Shown here: one piece after another, positions 23,738 to 37,056 of the stretch | Layout: each line of letters starts with the position of its first letter | Position numbering within the stretch: the first letter of the stretch is position 1 | Assembly (NCBI RefSeq): GCF_006345805.1 | Contig: NC_043000.1 | Location: 91,016,001-91,080,000 of the forward strand | Length of the DNA: 64,000 nt | Direction of reading: 5' to 3' | Origin: Octopus sinensis | Taxonomy: Eukaryota | Made by a program: the position numbers and the translations under genes | Notes under the pieces: model-generated | What the model saw: only the letters and a program-made list of their open reading frames with translations | The model's database searches: none | Told to the model about the DNA's origin: nothing

Positions 23738-23969
23738 ATGGAATTTATAAACATTTATTGCATCGCTACGCGGGTTCCTACTGGTCACATGACTCTTAAG
23801 ATCACAGTCCGTATTTCTAAGGAAATGAATCAATGATGATGATCAACCGGATACCCACGGGTACTACGGACTACACTGTAATCATCCCAGTAATACGGAC
23901 TATGATCTTAAGAGTGATGTAATTTGTGGAAACGCGCGTAGCGATGCATTAAAAGTCTATAAATTCCAT
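23738..23969. repeat. MITE-like foldback element: 78 bp arms, 76 nt spacer
   Basis: Arms 23738-23815 and 23892-23969 match ungapped with 12 mismatches. Confidence 0.85.
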
Positions 23970-24116
23970 CCTAGTATTAGTGTTGTTGTTGTTGTTATAT
24001 ATATATATATTATATTATAATATAATAATTACATTTATATTATTTGTTATTTATGTATTGGTTTATGTCTGTCACTGTTTGAGTTGCCTTATGGTGGTTT
24101 TATCTCTAATTCATAA

Positions 24117-24340
24117 CTGGCAGAAACGTTAGCACGCCGGGCGAAATGCTTAGCGGTATTTCGTCTGCCGTTACGTTCTGAGTTCGAATTCCGCCGAGGT
24201 CGACTTTGCCTTTCATCCTTTCGGAGTCGATAGATTAAGAACCAGTTACGCTCTGGGGTCGATGTAATCGACTTAATCCGTTTGTCTGTCCTTGTTTGTC
24301 CTCTCTGTGTTTAGCCCCTTGTGGGTAGTGAAGAAATAGG
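24117..24340 (+). mobile_element. SINE family A with LINE-like tail
   Basis: CTGGCAGAAACGTTAGCACGCCGGGCGAAATGC...GTTCGAATTCC...TTTAGCCCCTTGTGGGTAGTGAAGAAATA. Confidence 0.93.
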
Positions 24341-24770
24341 TTGACGGAAGAAAAGCAGGACAAATATGATGCATGTAAATGGGTTAGCTGGAGGTAAATC
24401 TAGATGGAAAAGCATGATGAATTTATGAGAACGTACCTGGGACAAGGATAAGTTATCCGATAAAACATGTAAGAAATCAACTTGGGGCGATTTTTGATGA
24501 AAACCAACAACCTAGGGAACTAAGTAACTAATTTTAAGCTAACTTACTTTACGGGATGTTCAAGGGCATGGAAGAGCTAGTGGCAACAGCTGATGTACTT
24601 GCGCGTACAAATGCATGTTCCCTCGGCTTTATCGATCACATTCTCACCTGGAATCGATTTTTGCAATTTTTCGACACTTATACACGCCCTGATACCGTCG
24701 GTATCTACATATCAAATTTGAGCACAATCGGATGGAGGATGCCCGAGATCTTAGAAGACACACACACACA

Positions 24771-24815
<45 letters not shown>

Positions 24816-24831
24816 AACACACACACACGCA

Positions 24832-24862
<31 letters not shown>

Positions 24863-24878
24863 CACACACACACACACA

Positions 24879-24930
<52 letters not shown>

Positions 24931-25674
24931 CGGATTTTATATAATCGATATATATATGTCTTCAAGTAACTATAATCTCTAAATACTGTTAGCTTATCTA
25001 GTTTTCTGAATTTTATCTTCGTGAAAGAATGTGAGTTATCGTAAACGTTATTCATCAATTAGATCATGGAGACTGGAGAAGCGGGTGGGATGAATAGAGC
25101 ACCAGACTATATGCTTTACAATATTTACACTCTTTACTCAGCTCACATGTATTCAAATCTTCTCATCAATAATTACCAACGTACTTAAATAAACATATAT
25201 TAAGACACATTTTTTGTTTTTATATTACATTGCTTAAATATATTATTTAATAGCTAAATAAATATACTTTAAGTAATCATATTTATATTACATTGTGTAT
25301 GCATATATATATCTATCGATCTATCTATCTATCTATCTATCTATATTTATAATTAATGAACATGTCTTAGCGAGAGACATAAATATTTTTATATTACGCT
25401 GTATAAGTAAACAACGCATTGTATATTTTGATAAATATGACTAAAGAAACATCACACTTTTGCATGACATTGTGAATATGAGTACACGCCTACATATCTG
25501 TAGGTGTGTGAGTGTGTGTGTTTGTGTGTACGTGTATGTGTGATTTAATACTTAATCAATAAATCTTAGCAAAGACATACTTCTCTTGTTCTACATCGTA
25601 TATACATGTATTATTCAATAACTTAATAAATTTACCATAACCAGTGGCATTTGTTTGTATTTGTATCGTTGCTG

Positions 25675-26030
25675 TGGAGGCAGGCGCGGCTGTGTGGCAA
25701 GGAATCTGTTTCCCAACCAAATGGTTCTAGCTTCAGTATCCGCTATGCTATCTTGGGGAAGCGACTTCTACTATAGCACTCGGTATACATAAATACGTAC
25801 AGACATACGTACATACCTATGTAAGTTCGTGCAAATATAACATAGACGGATAGATAGACATGTACGTGTGTATCTATGGGATTACATTTATGTCTTTGTA
25901 AATTACCGGCTCGGCATAGGAAACGGCAGAAGAGCTACCATATTTAAAAAAAATAAATCCTGCGATCAGTTCGTTCCATAAAAAACCCTTCTAGGGCGAT
26001 ACCCCTGCAAGGGCTGCAGTCACACACACA
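25675..26030 (+). mobile_element. SINE family B, degenerate
   Basis: GGAGGCAGGCGCGGCTGTGTGGCAAGG head; CTTCTACTATAGC; GGCTGCAGTC tail. Confidence 0.7.
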
Positions 26031-26034
26031 TATA

Positions 26035-26537
26035 TCACTTATTTTTTACTTGTTTCAGTCATGAGACTGTGGCCATTCTGGGACACCACTTTGAATTTCT
26101 AATCGAATGAATCGACCCCAGTACGTATTTTTGAGTCTGATTCTTAATCTATCGGTTCTTTTGCCGAACCGCTAGGTTACGGGGACTCAAAAACACCAAT
26201 ACCTGTTGTCAAGCGGTGGTAGGGACAAATACAGACGCAATGACACACATATAGTTATATATACATACATACATACATACATATATATATATACATATAT
26301 ATATATATACCTATATATACATACATACATATATATATATACACACACATAGACACGCACACACACACACACACACACACATATGACGAGCTCATTTCAA
26401 TTTCCGCCAACCAAATCCACTCACAAGGCTTTGGTCGGCCGGAGGCTATTGTAGAAGACACTTACGCAAGGTACCACGCAGTAGAACTGAAACATGAACC
26501 ATGTGATTGGGAAGCGAACTTCTTACTACGTAGCCAC

Positions 26538-26540
<3 letters not shown>
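26035..26540 (-). mobile_element. SINE family B with internal microsatellite
   Basis: Reverse complement of the family B body and tail. Confidence 0.88.
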
Positions 26541-26574
<34 letters not shown>

Positions 26575-27431
26575 TAAAGGAGAGGGAGAGATCGAAAGAG
26601 AGAGAGAGAGAGAAAGAGAGAGATAGAGAAAGAGAGAGAGAGAGAGAGAGAAGGACAGAAAGATAGAAGGGAAAATTTGAGACATTCTATAAGAACCAGA
26701 TAGATATGTTTTTAAAACATGGTTGGTCAGTTTTGTATTGTCGTTTACCTTTTACTTGATTGCACTGAGGCCATACTGGGACACATCTTTGGAAGGTTTT
26801 AGTCGAACAAATCGACCCCAGAGTTGTGTCTATTTAAAACTCCTTAAATGAATTTTATTACTGGTCAAACTGTATTTGTATGTACGTTGAGAAATACCAA
26901 ATAAGGAGATATATGAATTTTCAAATACAAATTTAGTTTTTACTTAACCGTCAATTATCCTTTCAACTTAAAAAAATACTTACAAAAAATGGTGGTTAAT
27001 AATAATATTGCAGAATAATTTCAGGTTTATTGTAAATGTAGGTCTAATATTCATAGACAAAAATAAATGTTATATGTCGTAATTAATTATCTAGTCACAG
27101 TATTGATATATTTTAAAGAAAATTTAGAAATAAATACTATAAAGTAATAGGGTCTAAATAAAGAGGATTACTTACGTTATAAACGTATATAATCAGATTT
27201 AGAGCCATTGGTGTATAAGAAAGGTTTTTTTTATAGTGTATGTCGAAATAGTTGTTTATATTATTGTTGAGTATGTATTCATAGAAAGGAAAAACGAACT
27301 AAAAAAGAGCTGGAGAAGTTTGTTGTAATGTAGGGGAGACAATAATTAATATGCTTGGATATTTTACGGATATAATACAAGCGTGCAAAGATTTACATAT
27401 ACAAATATAAATATACTAACAACACAGATAT

Positions 27432-27585
27432 AGGAGTTCGAATTCTACCAAGGTCGAATTTGCCTTTCATCCAATCGAGATCGATAAAATAAGTGCCATT
27501 TGAGTACTGGGCTCCATATAATCGACTTAACCCTTCTTTCAAAATTTTTGGCTTTGTGCCAAATTTTGAAACCTGATTAGTTCTT
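27432..27585 (+). mobile_element. SINE family A, 5' truncated
   Basis: GAGTTCGAATTCTACCAAGGTCGAATTTGCCTTTCATCC...GGCTTTGTGCCAAATTTTG. Confidence 0.8.
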
Positions 27586-28367
27586 AGAAAATAAAAGAAA
27601 AACCTGTATCGGTTAATATACAGGTTCTTTATAACATAGTCTGGACACTGAAATATTTTGAGTTCAAAATCTATCGCGGTCAATTCTACCTTTTATTCTA
27701 TCATGCTCTGTAAAACAGCATCAATAACATTAAAATTTTATTGACCCTTTACATTCTGAGTCCGAATTCCATAGAATGACATCGTTGTCTTTCATCCAAT
27801 CATATTCAATAAAATCAATAAAATAATAGCAGTCAAGAATTTGCGGTCACGATCCTCAGCTATACAAATTTCTACCGAATTCCTCTGCAAAAAGTCCATT
27901 TAATTAATGCATTTAGCATAAAAAAAAATCCGACTAGAAATCATTATGAAATGAATAAAAAAACGTTAATATTGGTGAATGATTAATGTTTGTTTTGCTC
28001 GGTGGATAAAGATATTTAGTTAAATTGTTAAGCTCCCATGCATGAAATATGTTTGCACTAATAATAGTTATGTTATTTTTTTTTCATATGGATCCGTCTA
28101 AGTTATACAGCTTGTAGAATTAGTTCTTATATAATTTCATAATTTATTATTTCATCATCTCGCAAATACTCAGCATATTCAGATGCTGATAGTAACACAC
28201 AAACACACAAACAGACTACAGAGGACACATTCATGCAGAACACACACACATGCGGATGTATATTTAGAAATTATTTCTAACGTTCAAGTTCTCGGTTAAT
28301 ATCTTCCAGACAGAAGAAACGTAGTCACTTCAATCATTTTATCAACTATTATAACCATAATTAAAGA

Positions 28368-28684
28368 TAGCGAGCTGGCAAAATCGTTAGCTCGCCGGGC
28401 GAAATGCTTAGCGTTATTTCGTCTGTGTTTATGTTCTCAGTCCAAATTCCGCCGAGGTCAACTTTGTCGTTCATCCTTTCGGGATCGATACATTAAGCAC
28501 CAGTTGCGTACTGGGATCGATCTAATCGACTGGCCTCTCTCCGCCAAAATTTCAGGTTTTGTGCCTGTAGTAGAAAGGAAAAGAAGCGTTAGCATGTCGG
28601 GAAAAATGCTTAACGACATTTCGTCTGTCTTTACGTTCTCTGTTCAAATTCTACCGAAGCCGACTTTGCTTTTCAACCTTTCCG
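28368..28684 (+). mobile_element. Two tandem SINE family A units; the second starts at AGAA/GCGTTAGC (28586)
   Basis: Full head at 28370; second head lacks the box A 5' part and runs directly into the LINE. Confidence 0.88.
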
Positions 28685-30708
28685 CTAGCTGATAGGTATA
28701 GACTAGACAACGCAAGCACTCCATTGTGGACATGGATGAATAGCGACTTGTCATCTAGATCTTATCTAGACAGGATACTAATTAGGGAGCTAGATAAAAA
28801 CTTAGCTAGTCGTCCACATTTTCACTATGTCAGCTACAGCGACCACAAATATGTGACCTGTGAGTTTGATTTAGATAGGATGTGTAGAAAAAGATTCGGC
28901 TACTGGAATCTCAATAAGTCTCTTTTGACTCATGAGGCGTACAGGGGTCGGATTAGGCAGTTAGTTTTGAGGGCATTGTGTGGCACCGTTGTAAATAACA
29001 AATGGTTTTATGCCCTCAAAAGAGCCATTAAATTTGAGTCCATTAGGTTTAGTAAAGAATTAGTAGCTAGGAAAAAAGAATAGAAAAGGCCTAGATGAAG
29101 CACCGAGATCTAGCTCCGCGCCTTGAGTATTGGCTGCAAGATTGATTCTGAATCAACACCGCAATGCCAAATACGAGGGTGCGTAGTCAGGGCTGAGCAA
29201 CGTGCAGTAGGACAAGAAGGAATCAAAGTCGCTGGATGGGCCCGTGTGATAGAGGTCCAACGTGGTAATAAAAATTCTATAAGGTCTTTGACGAATGATC
29301 AAGGGAACTTGATAAACAATTTCGAGGAGATGTGCACGGTCTTTCAGGAGCATTTCGCACTGCTTTTCGGACGGACGGAATGGCCAGTTAAAATGCTAGG
29401 GGTTTGGTTTGGACTAGATCTCCGGATCGAGAAGAATTGGGGGAAGGTAGCGAGCTAGGTGACTCACCAAACTCAGACCTGGTCTGAGCGGTGGTTCTTC
29501 TTGAAGGTGGGTGGGCAGAGGTCACAGAGGGTTTATCACTTATCTGATTACCTACCACCTAACCGTCATGTCCTGTTCCGCTTCATGGCCAAACAAGTTG
29601 GAATGACTCTTTTTCCGCTTTTTGTGGAAGGGTAAAGGTCCGCTTCGCTCTGTCTGCTGCCAACACCCGCTAAAAGGTGGGCTAGGGATGCCTTGGCTGT
29701 TGATTTGCAAATTAGCGCTGAGGCTGAGGCATCTGTGGCTCTACCTGGATGGTGAACAGGTGTGGTCTCCGTTCGTCAGATGGCTGCTTCCTAGGTACAC
29801 TAGCTTTAGTGAACTAGAACCATGGATCAACCGTATACCAAAGCACGGCGATTGACACATGGAGTGCCGAGAGGTACTCCGTTTTCTCTATCGCGCGGGC
29901 AATGCCAGCGGCCGGGGTTCTACTTCGTTCTTTTATAGAAGGTTGGTAGAGGCGAGGAATGATGACGGCTCGGAGAAAACTCTGGGCTTCGGACAAATCA
30001 GTTAACCAGCCTGTTCCGAAGAACGTTCGGGCCAGGTTCTTTGGATAACTTCCAGAGATCTCTGATCAGGCAATCTTTCCGAGGTGCGTTACTAGTTCGC
30101 GATAAACTCGCAAAGCACGGTGGCTTCTGCTCATCCATGTACCCAAAATGCGAACAGGAGAGGGAAACCATTCTGCACGCGCTTGTGCAATGCCCCAAAA
30201 TTACAGAAATATGCAGCTGTCTTCCGAGTCGATCATAAAATTGCAGTCGCTTTCTTTTTCTCAAAGAAGGTAAGGCTTGTTTTCTCACTATAGTAGCTTT
30301 TGCAAAAGAAGTAGTGTGGAAGACTCATGTGAAAGGAATCGTGACAGGCACTTTCATCTCCATCCTTGGGTTGGTGAGGTTTCTCACCTACCGCCTGAAA
30401 AGGAAAATAAGGGTGGAGGAGTGCCTGTCATCGGACGTATATAAGAAAATATGGAAGGATGGTGTGAGGATAGTGAGAGTGAATGTTCATAAAGTTTTTT
30501 CAAAGGTAGCATTGGAGCATCGGGGCTTGCGGGCTCAAAGCAGAGCCCGTCTGTCACTTCATTGTTTGTATAATTGTTCGTCCCAATTATTCGATTTTAT
30601 CATAAATTTTTAGTCGATTTTTTCATATTTGCGTTTTTCATCCTGGCCCCAGATCATTGTATCGTTCCCTCTCTATTTGGCCCCCTGTGGGCAATAAAGA
30701 ATTAAGAA
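28685..30708 (+). mobile_element. Tx1/L1-clade LINE, 5' truncated, with the RT core internally deleted
   Basis: APE C-terminal motifs WTW..., YLDRIL, SDH, GYWNLN; post-RT MLGVWFGLDL..EKNW; LWKG...CCQHPLKGGLGMPWL; zinc knuckle (Y)PKC...ETILHALVQC; 3' UTR ending CCCCCTGTGGGCAATAAAGAATTAAGAA. Confidence 0.9.
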
Positions 30709-31594
30709 TCGTTAACGCGCTGGGAAAAATGCTTACCGGTTTTTCGTCCGGACTTCCCAAAATTTGAATATATTATTAATAGACATTCTTTCTGTGGGGA
30801 CAAGGATTTAAGACGCAATCTCTGTTTGCCCCCATCTTATGTCATTGTATCTACCGAGTCTCAGTCTATTTAGATATGTTATAAAGAACACTACACCAAA
30901 CCTCTGTAGAGCTCATCCTTACTGATTCTGCTTTACACTTTACCAGGATCATTAAACCACTTTCTTCTACATTGGATAATATTCCTGTGGCTCAACAAAT
31001 TTCTTTGTCCACTCAAGCTCTCATTATATTTCTCTTTGTCGATGTTCTGAATATATTGCTAATATGTTTTCTCCTTTTCATTATAGCATCACAAGACTAC
31101 ATTCAACACACTGCACAAAATGTTTTCTGTGGATAACGAAAGACACATCATTTCTTACAAAGGTAGAAGCTCTTAGCAATCCTCCGAACACCCATTGCAG
31201 AAATAATGTTAACTATTACTTATAGTTTTCCTTTTGTTTCCCATGTTTTTTCCTGGCATTTGGCTAAGTAGCATATGTGTATCTATTACTTCCAATTGCT
31301 TGTGTAGAGTCGCCGTGTTCATTTTAAGGCAGCAAACATGGTTAGCGATTGTAGCAAATCATTAAATACTGTTTCACAAGACAAAAAGAACAGAAAATTT
31401 AAAGCTTTAACTATGGACTGCTAAGCTCATGAAAACATATATAGATACGTATACATATATATTGTTTATATAGCCAACGGGATGGCGTCATTGAAGGCTA
31501 AAACAATGCGAAGCTCATTGTGACCAGCGATGTGTAGCAACATCTGATGGCCTGGTCGGTCACGTGGTCACATGATATATTGTTTTCCATTTCT

Positions 31595-31790
31595 GACACA
31601 AGCACACCAATTTCGGGAAGAGGTCAGTCGATTGAATTGAGTCTTGTGCTCAGCTGGTTCTTATTTTATCGATTCAGAAAGGATGAAAGGCCATGTCGAC
31701 TTCGGCGGAATTTGAGCTCAGAGCACAAAGACTGACAAAATGCCGCAAATTATTTTGCTTGACATGCTAACGATTCTGTCGGCTCACAGA
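31595..31790 (-). mobile_element. SINE family A
   Basis: GGATGAAAGGCCATGTCGACTTCGGCGGAATTTGAGCTCAG...TGCTAACGATTCTGTC. Confidence 0.82.
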
Positions 31791-32099
31791 TTCATGTTAA
31801 AGGTTAATTTTAAGTTAGGTTATATGTATAAAACAATTTACCATTAAAGTGGAGGATTATTCAATACATTTTAGTAGATTACATGTATATTAAACTTTAC
31901 AAGAAGGCTGGCAGTCTTCGAAGTCATTCCTAGCTAACCTATACACGTGCACATACACTCACAAACATATATCACACGCACATATTAGTCGGGTCAGTGT
32001 TGCCACTCTGCCGTAATAGCCATGCGCTCACACAATTGTCAGGTAATTTAGAAGAGGCGAGAGAACAAAGTAGCAAGAAAAACTGATTCGACCCTAATA

Positions 32100-32355
32100 A
32101 AATTATTTCTCTACTATGGAATTAAGTACTCTTTCTTCCGACGGTCAACACTAAACGTCGCCATGATTGACCGCTAGCTCCAAAAGTTTTTTTAAATTCT
32201 CTCTCTGTTTATTTCCTAGTGTTCCTTTCTGTTGAAGAGCGTAGGCTCGAAACGTAAAATACTTTCTCACCTTTCCGAGCGTCAAACTAATACACCTGTT
32301 TGTTGCTTATACACCTGTCTTCATCTTTCGTTTTTCTGTAAATTTCAACTATATA
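32100..32355 (+). mobile_element. Short interspersed repeat, likely a Penelope-derived end with a hammerhead-like motif
   Basis: Related to 11030-11150 (TACTTTC..TTCC..AGCG..CTGTCTTC); hammerhead-like at 32225-32260. Confidence 0.45.
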
Positions 32356-33899
32356 TATAAATGTGCGCGTGTCTGTGTGTGTGTATAATTCGATGCACAC
32401 TTCAAGGAAAAAGAATTGTTAATTAATTGCTCTCACTGCTCTTCCACAGACCATCCAAATAACTTGGAACAATAAACAGTATCAGATCACTACATATTGA
32501 AATGTTTTTCCAACAAAGCAGAGTACTAATGTTTTTTTTTATGTGTTTTTCTTTTTTCGTGTCTGTTCATATTAGTCTTGTTCAAATATTACACGTGATT
32601 CTAATGCTACGCTATGAGTTTACACTTTTTCGACTATAATTTCGATTCAGGCACTAAAACGAAACATGGTTGGCATTTGTTAAACAATGTAGACATTGTG
32701 GCTCCTTGTTTAATTACCTTCTTTTAATATTTTGTTGGTGACAAATATTGAATTTAAATAATCAATAATTGAAGACCTGAAGATTCTGTAATGTTCCAGA
32801 TACTATTGTATCCAATTTTCTATTTTATTTACATTTTATTTCATTGAGCGGGATTTGATACATTTTGTGTGTTATGCTGTATGCATCGACTTGAAGTGAC
32901 ACAAATTATTGCAGGCACAATTTGAGTTGAACACAACACTTGTTTTCTTTACTTTATATAAAGTTGTCTCAAAATTTAATTCTTCTGCCTCATGGCTCAT
33001 TGGTTTCACTCGAGAAAACGGAAAACAATTTCACCAAGTAACGAACTACAGAAAAGAAAAAAAATTACAAATACACACAAATAAAACAGACATAAATAAA
33101 CAGCCAAACTTACACAGAAATACAAAATTTGGTGGTTACAAAGAAAAAAAATACTCCGTTTAAACAAGTGACGTTACAAATATGGTGTTTAATTTTATAT
33201 CGATTTATTATTACGGTTTGTTTAGAATTCCATGTCTTTACGTGTGTATGGTGCATACGTGTGTATCGCATGATTATGATGAATAATTAATTTCTGATTA
33301 ATTCATTCAAATTTAAGTGAAAATTTGGATTAAGTAAACGATAAAAAAATGCGTATATTTTTGTGCATACCATATCAAAGTAGTTATACGTCTTCCTTCT
33401 GACTCTTTAGGTAAAAACTCCAACGGCAAAATCAGACATTGAATTCTTTAATGTTGCTCGAAAAATATATGAAATACTGTTCTTTCTGTTTTTTTCTTCT
33501 ATTTTTTTTACATGTTTATATATATATTTTACACGAGAGCTTCAAAGCTTTCAGTAGATTCGGATCTTCAAATTTCCGTTTCCGATCCTCAGTTCGAAAT
33601 ATTTCCCTTTCCAGACGTCTTATAATTTCTTTGTTAAGGCATGACTCTACTAGGCATTATCTTTACCTTTCCAATGTAAATTTTGAATTATTTTCTTCCG
33701 GCAGAGATCCTTAAAAGATTCATTGGATTCCTGTAATTTTCTTTCTAAATTATGATAGTTTTTTAACATCTAGAGTGTAAATATTAATATATGTTTCTTA
33801 TTAAGTGAAACACATTTTTAAATACAGTTCTATATTTAAGAGATGATGAATTATGTACATTATTTACATTATTTACATTTGACGGATATTTGTCATCAT

Positions 33900-34035
33900 C
33901 TTGGCGTAGTGGTTAAGAGCATGGGCTACTAACCCCAAGATTCCGAGTTCAATTCCTGGCAGTGACCTGAATATTAATAATAATAATAATAATAATAACA
34001 ACAACATCGAAAAACACCTTAGGAATGAGAACCCA
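33900..34035 (+). mobile_element. tRNA-headed element (SINE family E) fragment
   Basis: Box A TGGCGTAGTGG, box B GTTCAATTCC, internal (TAA)n. Confidence 0.8.
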
Positions 34036-35757
34036 AGATGAGGACAAATATCCGTCAAATGTAAATAATGTTTCAATATTGAATATGTTAAAATATTCAA
34101 TATGGCAAAATATTCAGTATTGTATCTTTAACAGTGGGTGGTATTCGTCTTGAGTTCCGGGTTCAAATGGCTTCAGGTGACAGCACATTGTATGAAACAG
34201 ATCTTGGTGATATGAGTTTGCCGCATGGATAAAATTATTTCAGGAATACCTAATTGTCATATCGTCACAGTGACTATGGTTAATTAATTCCTATAGTTAA
34301 CTAATTCCAACTGGATAAAACATTCCGCATATCAATAGATTTAATTATTCGCTGTTTAAATATAAGAACGGCAAAACGTAGTAAGTTGAGAATGGCGGAT
34401 TCGGTGTCTAGCTGATGAAGCATAACGACGCCGAAACATGTATCCTATAATCTGAAGACTCCATTCATAGGTCAGTGGTGTGTTTTTCACTCATATTGTC
34501 TCTAAGGTTAATTTCTCTCCTGAGACATTTCCATCACGGAAGGCCTTTCCAATTTTGGGTAGACATGCACATGTTAAATCTAACAATATTCTCTTATATT
34601 CCGATGAAAGTTGCTTAGTGCACCTCAAGTTAATACATTACTAGTGTTACAATTTTGCGTATTGATAACATCAGAATCGAGATTACACAACCACCAAAGA
34701 CAATTTCAAGGCTTAGCCTTTCCCGACCATTTATGGGAGTTATTAAAGACTTCAGTCTGGTTGTTCGGTCAACTAATGCATCCATCTGTGACTGTACTGT
34801 ATGACGCACAAATATTGCGAACGATGTCAGGGTTCACAACAAAGGGAAAACATATTTAAACATTAAATAGAAAGAATTTGGCAATTAAAATACAATCTAA
34901 GCAATTTCAAACGAAGCAACAAATACAACAAGCGAACCATGTTCAAAATAGTCGATGTGAACAATCTAAAAAAAATTTCCAACTTTAGAATTCATTAAAA
35001 CTAAATAAAAGAACATTTCTAGGAGTTACGTCACATAACTTCCTAGTTTGCTACTTAATTTCTTGAACCATATTTAGTAAAAACAAAGAAAAATGAGGAA
35101 CTGAACAATGACAAAATTACCACTGTCCAATAATACAACAGTAATTGAAACAAGGGGAAAAAATTCTTTTGAAGTAAAAAAGTTAATGAGTTTACCAACG
35201 TTACAAGCAAAGCACATTTATTACCATTCATTCATTTCATTCAAGTCGGCGAATTGACAAAGTAGTTAGAACGTAGAACAAAACGCTTTGCGATATCTGT
35301 TCTAGCTCTCGGTTTACTGGGTTGAAATATCGCCGAGGTCAACTTTGTCTCTCATCCTTTCGAGTTGGGTAAAAAACATTTGTTCGGAGGCGGTTTATTA
35401 ATGGAAATGTAAGTGCATCGAGCAGGGTAGAGGTCATGCAGTAATTATTCGGCTTTTAGCGTTCTGTGTTCGTAGACGGCAGATATAATTCGTTGCTCAG
35501 TTTAGTTTCCCCACCTAGCCCATGGGTGCCCTTAGTTCCAAAAATATTTAGTCTATATCTTCTCTTGGGGAATAACCTCTTGTCTTCAGTCTACAGACCT
35601 CGAGAGTCGTCCCTTTCTGACTAAACAGTAGAAAAATGAAGTGAAGTTAAAATCAAAGTTTTGATCAGCTTCTAAAATATTCTAGCGTGCTTGCAAAAAT
35701 TATGAGTCCCATCTCTAGTTGAGCCCCCCCCCCCCATTTCGAAATATATCCCCAAAA

Positions 35758-36105
35758 TAGAGTAAAGAGTAAAGATCCCCTTCGGTAATGATTGACCACA
35801 GGATTGCCTCTGGAAAGTTATCCTTCAAGGCACAAATCTAGGCAAGGTTGTTTATGGAAGACCAGCAGTCGCCCATGCATACCACCCTCCCCTATCCAGG
35901 CCACTGATTTTATCCAAGGGAAAAGCAAAGGCTGATACAACCTGGTACTAATACCATCGCAACTCATTTCTAGAGCTGAGTGAAGTGGAAAAACGTGAAA
36001 TAAAGCATTATGTTCAAGAACACAACACACAACCCAGTCTGGGAATCGAACTCATTACCTAATGAATGTGAGCCCGATGCTTAAACCACTGAGCTATGCG
36101 CCTTC
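35758..36105 (-). mobile_element. tRNA-derived SINE family D with (TTTACTC)n tail
   Basis: Minus strand: GAAGGCGCATAGCTCAGTGGTTTAAGCATC...GAGTTCGATTCCC; tail GGGGATCTTTACTCTTTACTC. Confidence 0.85.
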
Positions 36106-36943
36106 AAAAATAACCCATAGCGTTTCCAGTTTTAAAAACGTATATACGAATTTTATAATATTCATTGTAGTGAAGCTCATCAAATAGTACTAAGCACAAC
36201 TTTGGCTCGCATCGATGAGAAATGTTAGTTGCGACAGACCACTGATCTGAACTGAAAATGATGTGTCACTCAGTAACACGCTCAACAAAAATCGGAAATG
36301 AGTAACATATCGTTTACTTTGGGGGAAAGAATAACTTATTTCAGGGTGATTTATGTGAAAAATCTTGAACACGATCTGTTTTAGTGTTGGATTATTTCAT
36401 TCTCTAAACGAATAGTACAATACATACGGTATTCTGGTGAACTTAATCAATGTCACTAATAATTCTTCGTACTTATTTAAAACGTAGCACAAGCTTTGAA
36501 TAAAGAATTAAGCTGAGTAAAATAATTAAACGAATGCAGTATAGTTATTGAGGGGATATTAAAAAGAACATTTTGGCAAAGACGTTAGAGAGTCGGAAAA
36601 AAATCGCCTTACGATTTGTGATGTTTGTTCGGGCTGTCTGGTTGCTGAATTCAAATGCTGCACAAAGTCGCTTTTGAATTTCCAGTTCGAAGGTATAATA
36701 AGGTACTCGTCCAGGAGCAACTGACTAGCGCAATGGAGATGTTTATCGGCATTTGTTCTGAGATCATGAGTGGGTCACAGAGAAAGATCGTCTTGCAATA
36801 TTTATGGCAGTGTGAATAAAAATCTCATTACGAAGTTTAATGTGTAGGGATTTAAACAGTAAGTGATGAGTATGATACTTTGGATAATTAAATCCCTTCA
36901 GAGGTTCTCTCAATCAATATATAATGTATACACATACATTTCT

Positions 36944-36989
<46 letters not shown>

Positions 36990-37056
36990 ATACATATGTA
37001 TATATATACATTTCTATCTATCTATCTATATCTATAAATACACACACACACACATA

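Noticed and set aside
2965-36105. tRNA-like sequences with A/B boxes (2965, 21192, 33900, 36105)
   Set aside because: They lack complete cloverleaves and run into SINE bodies; they are SINE heads, not tRNA genes.
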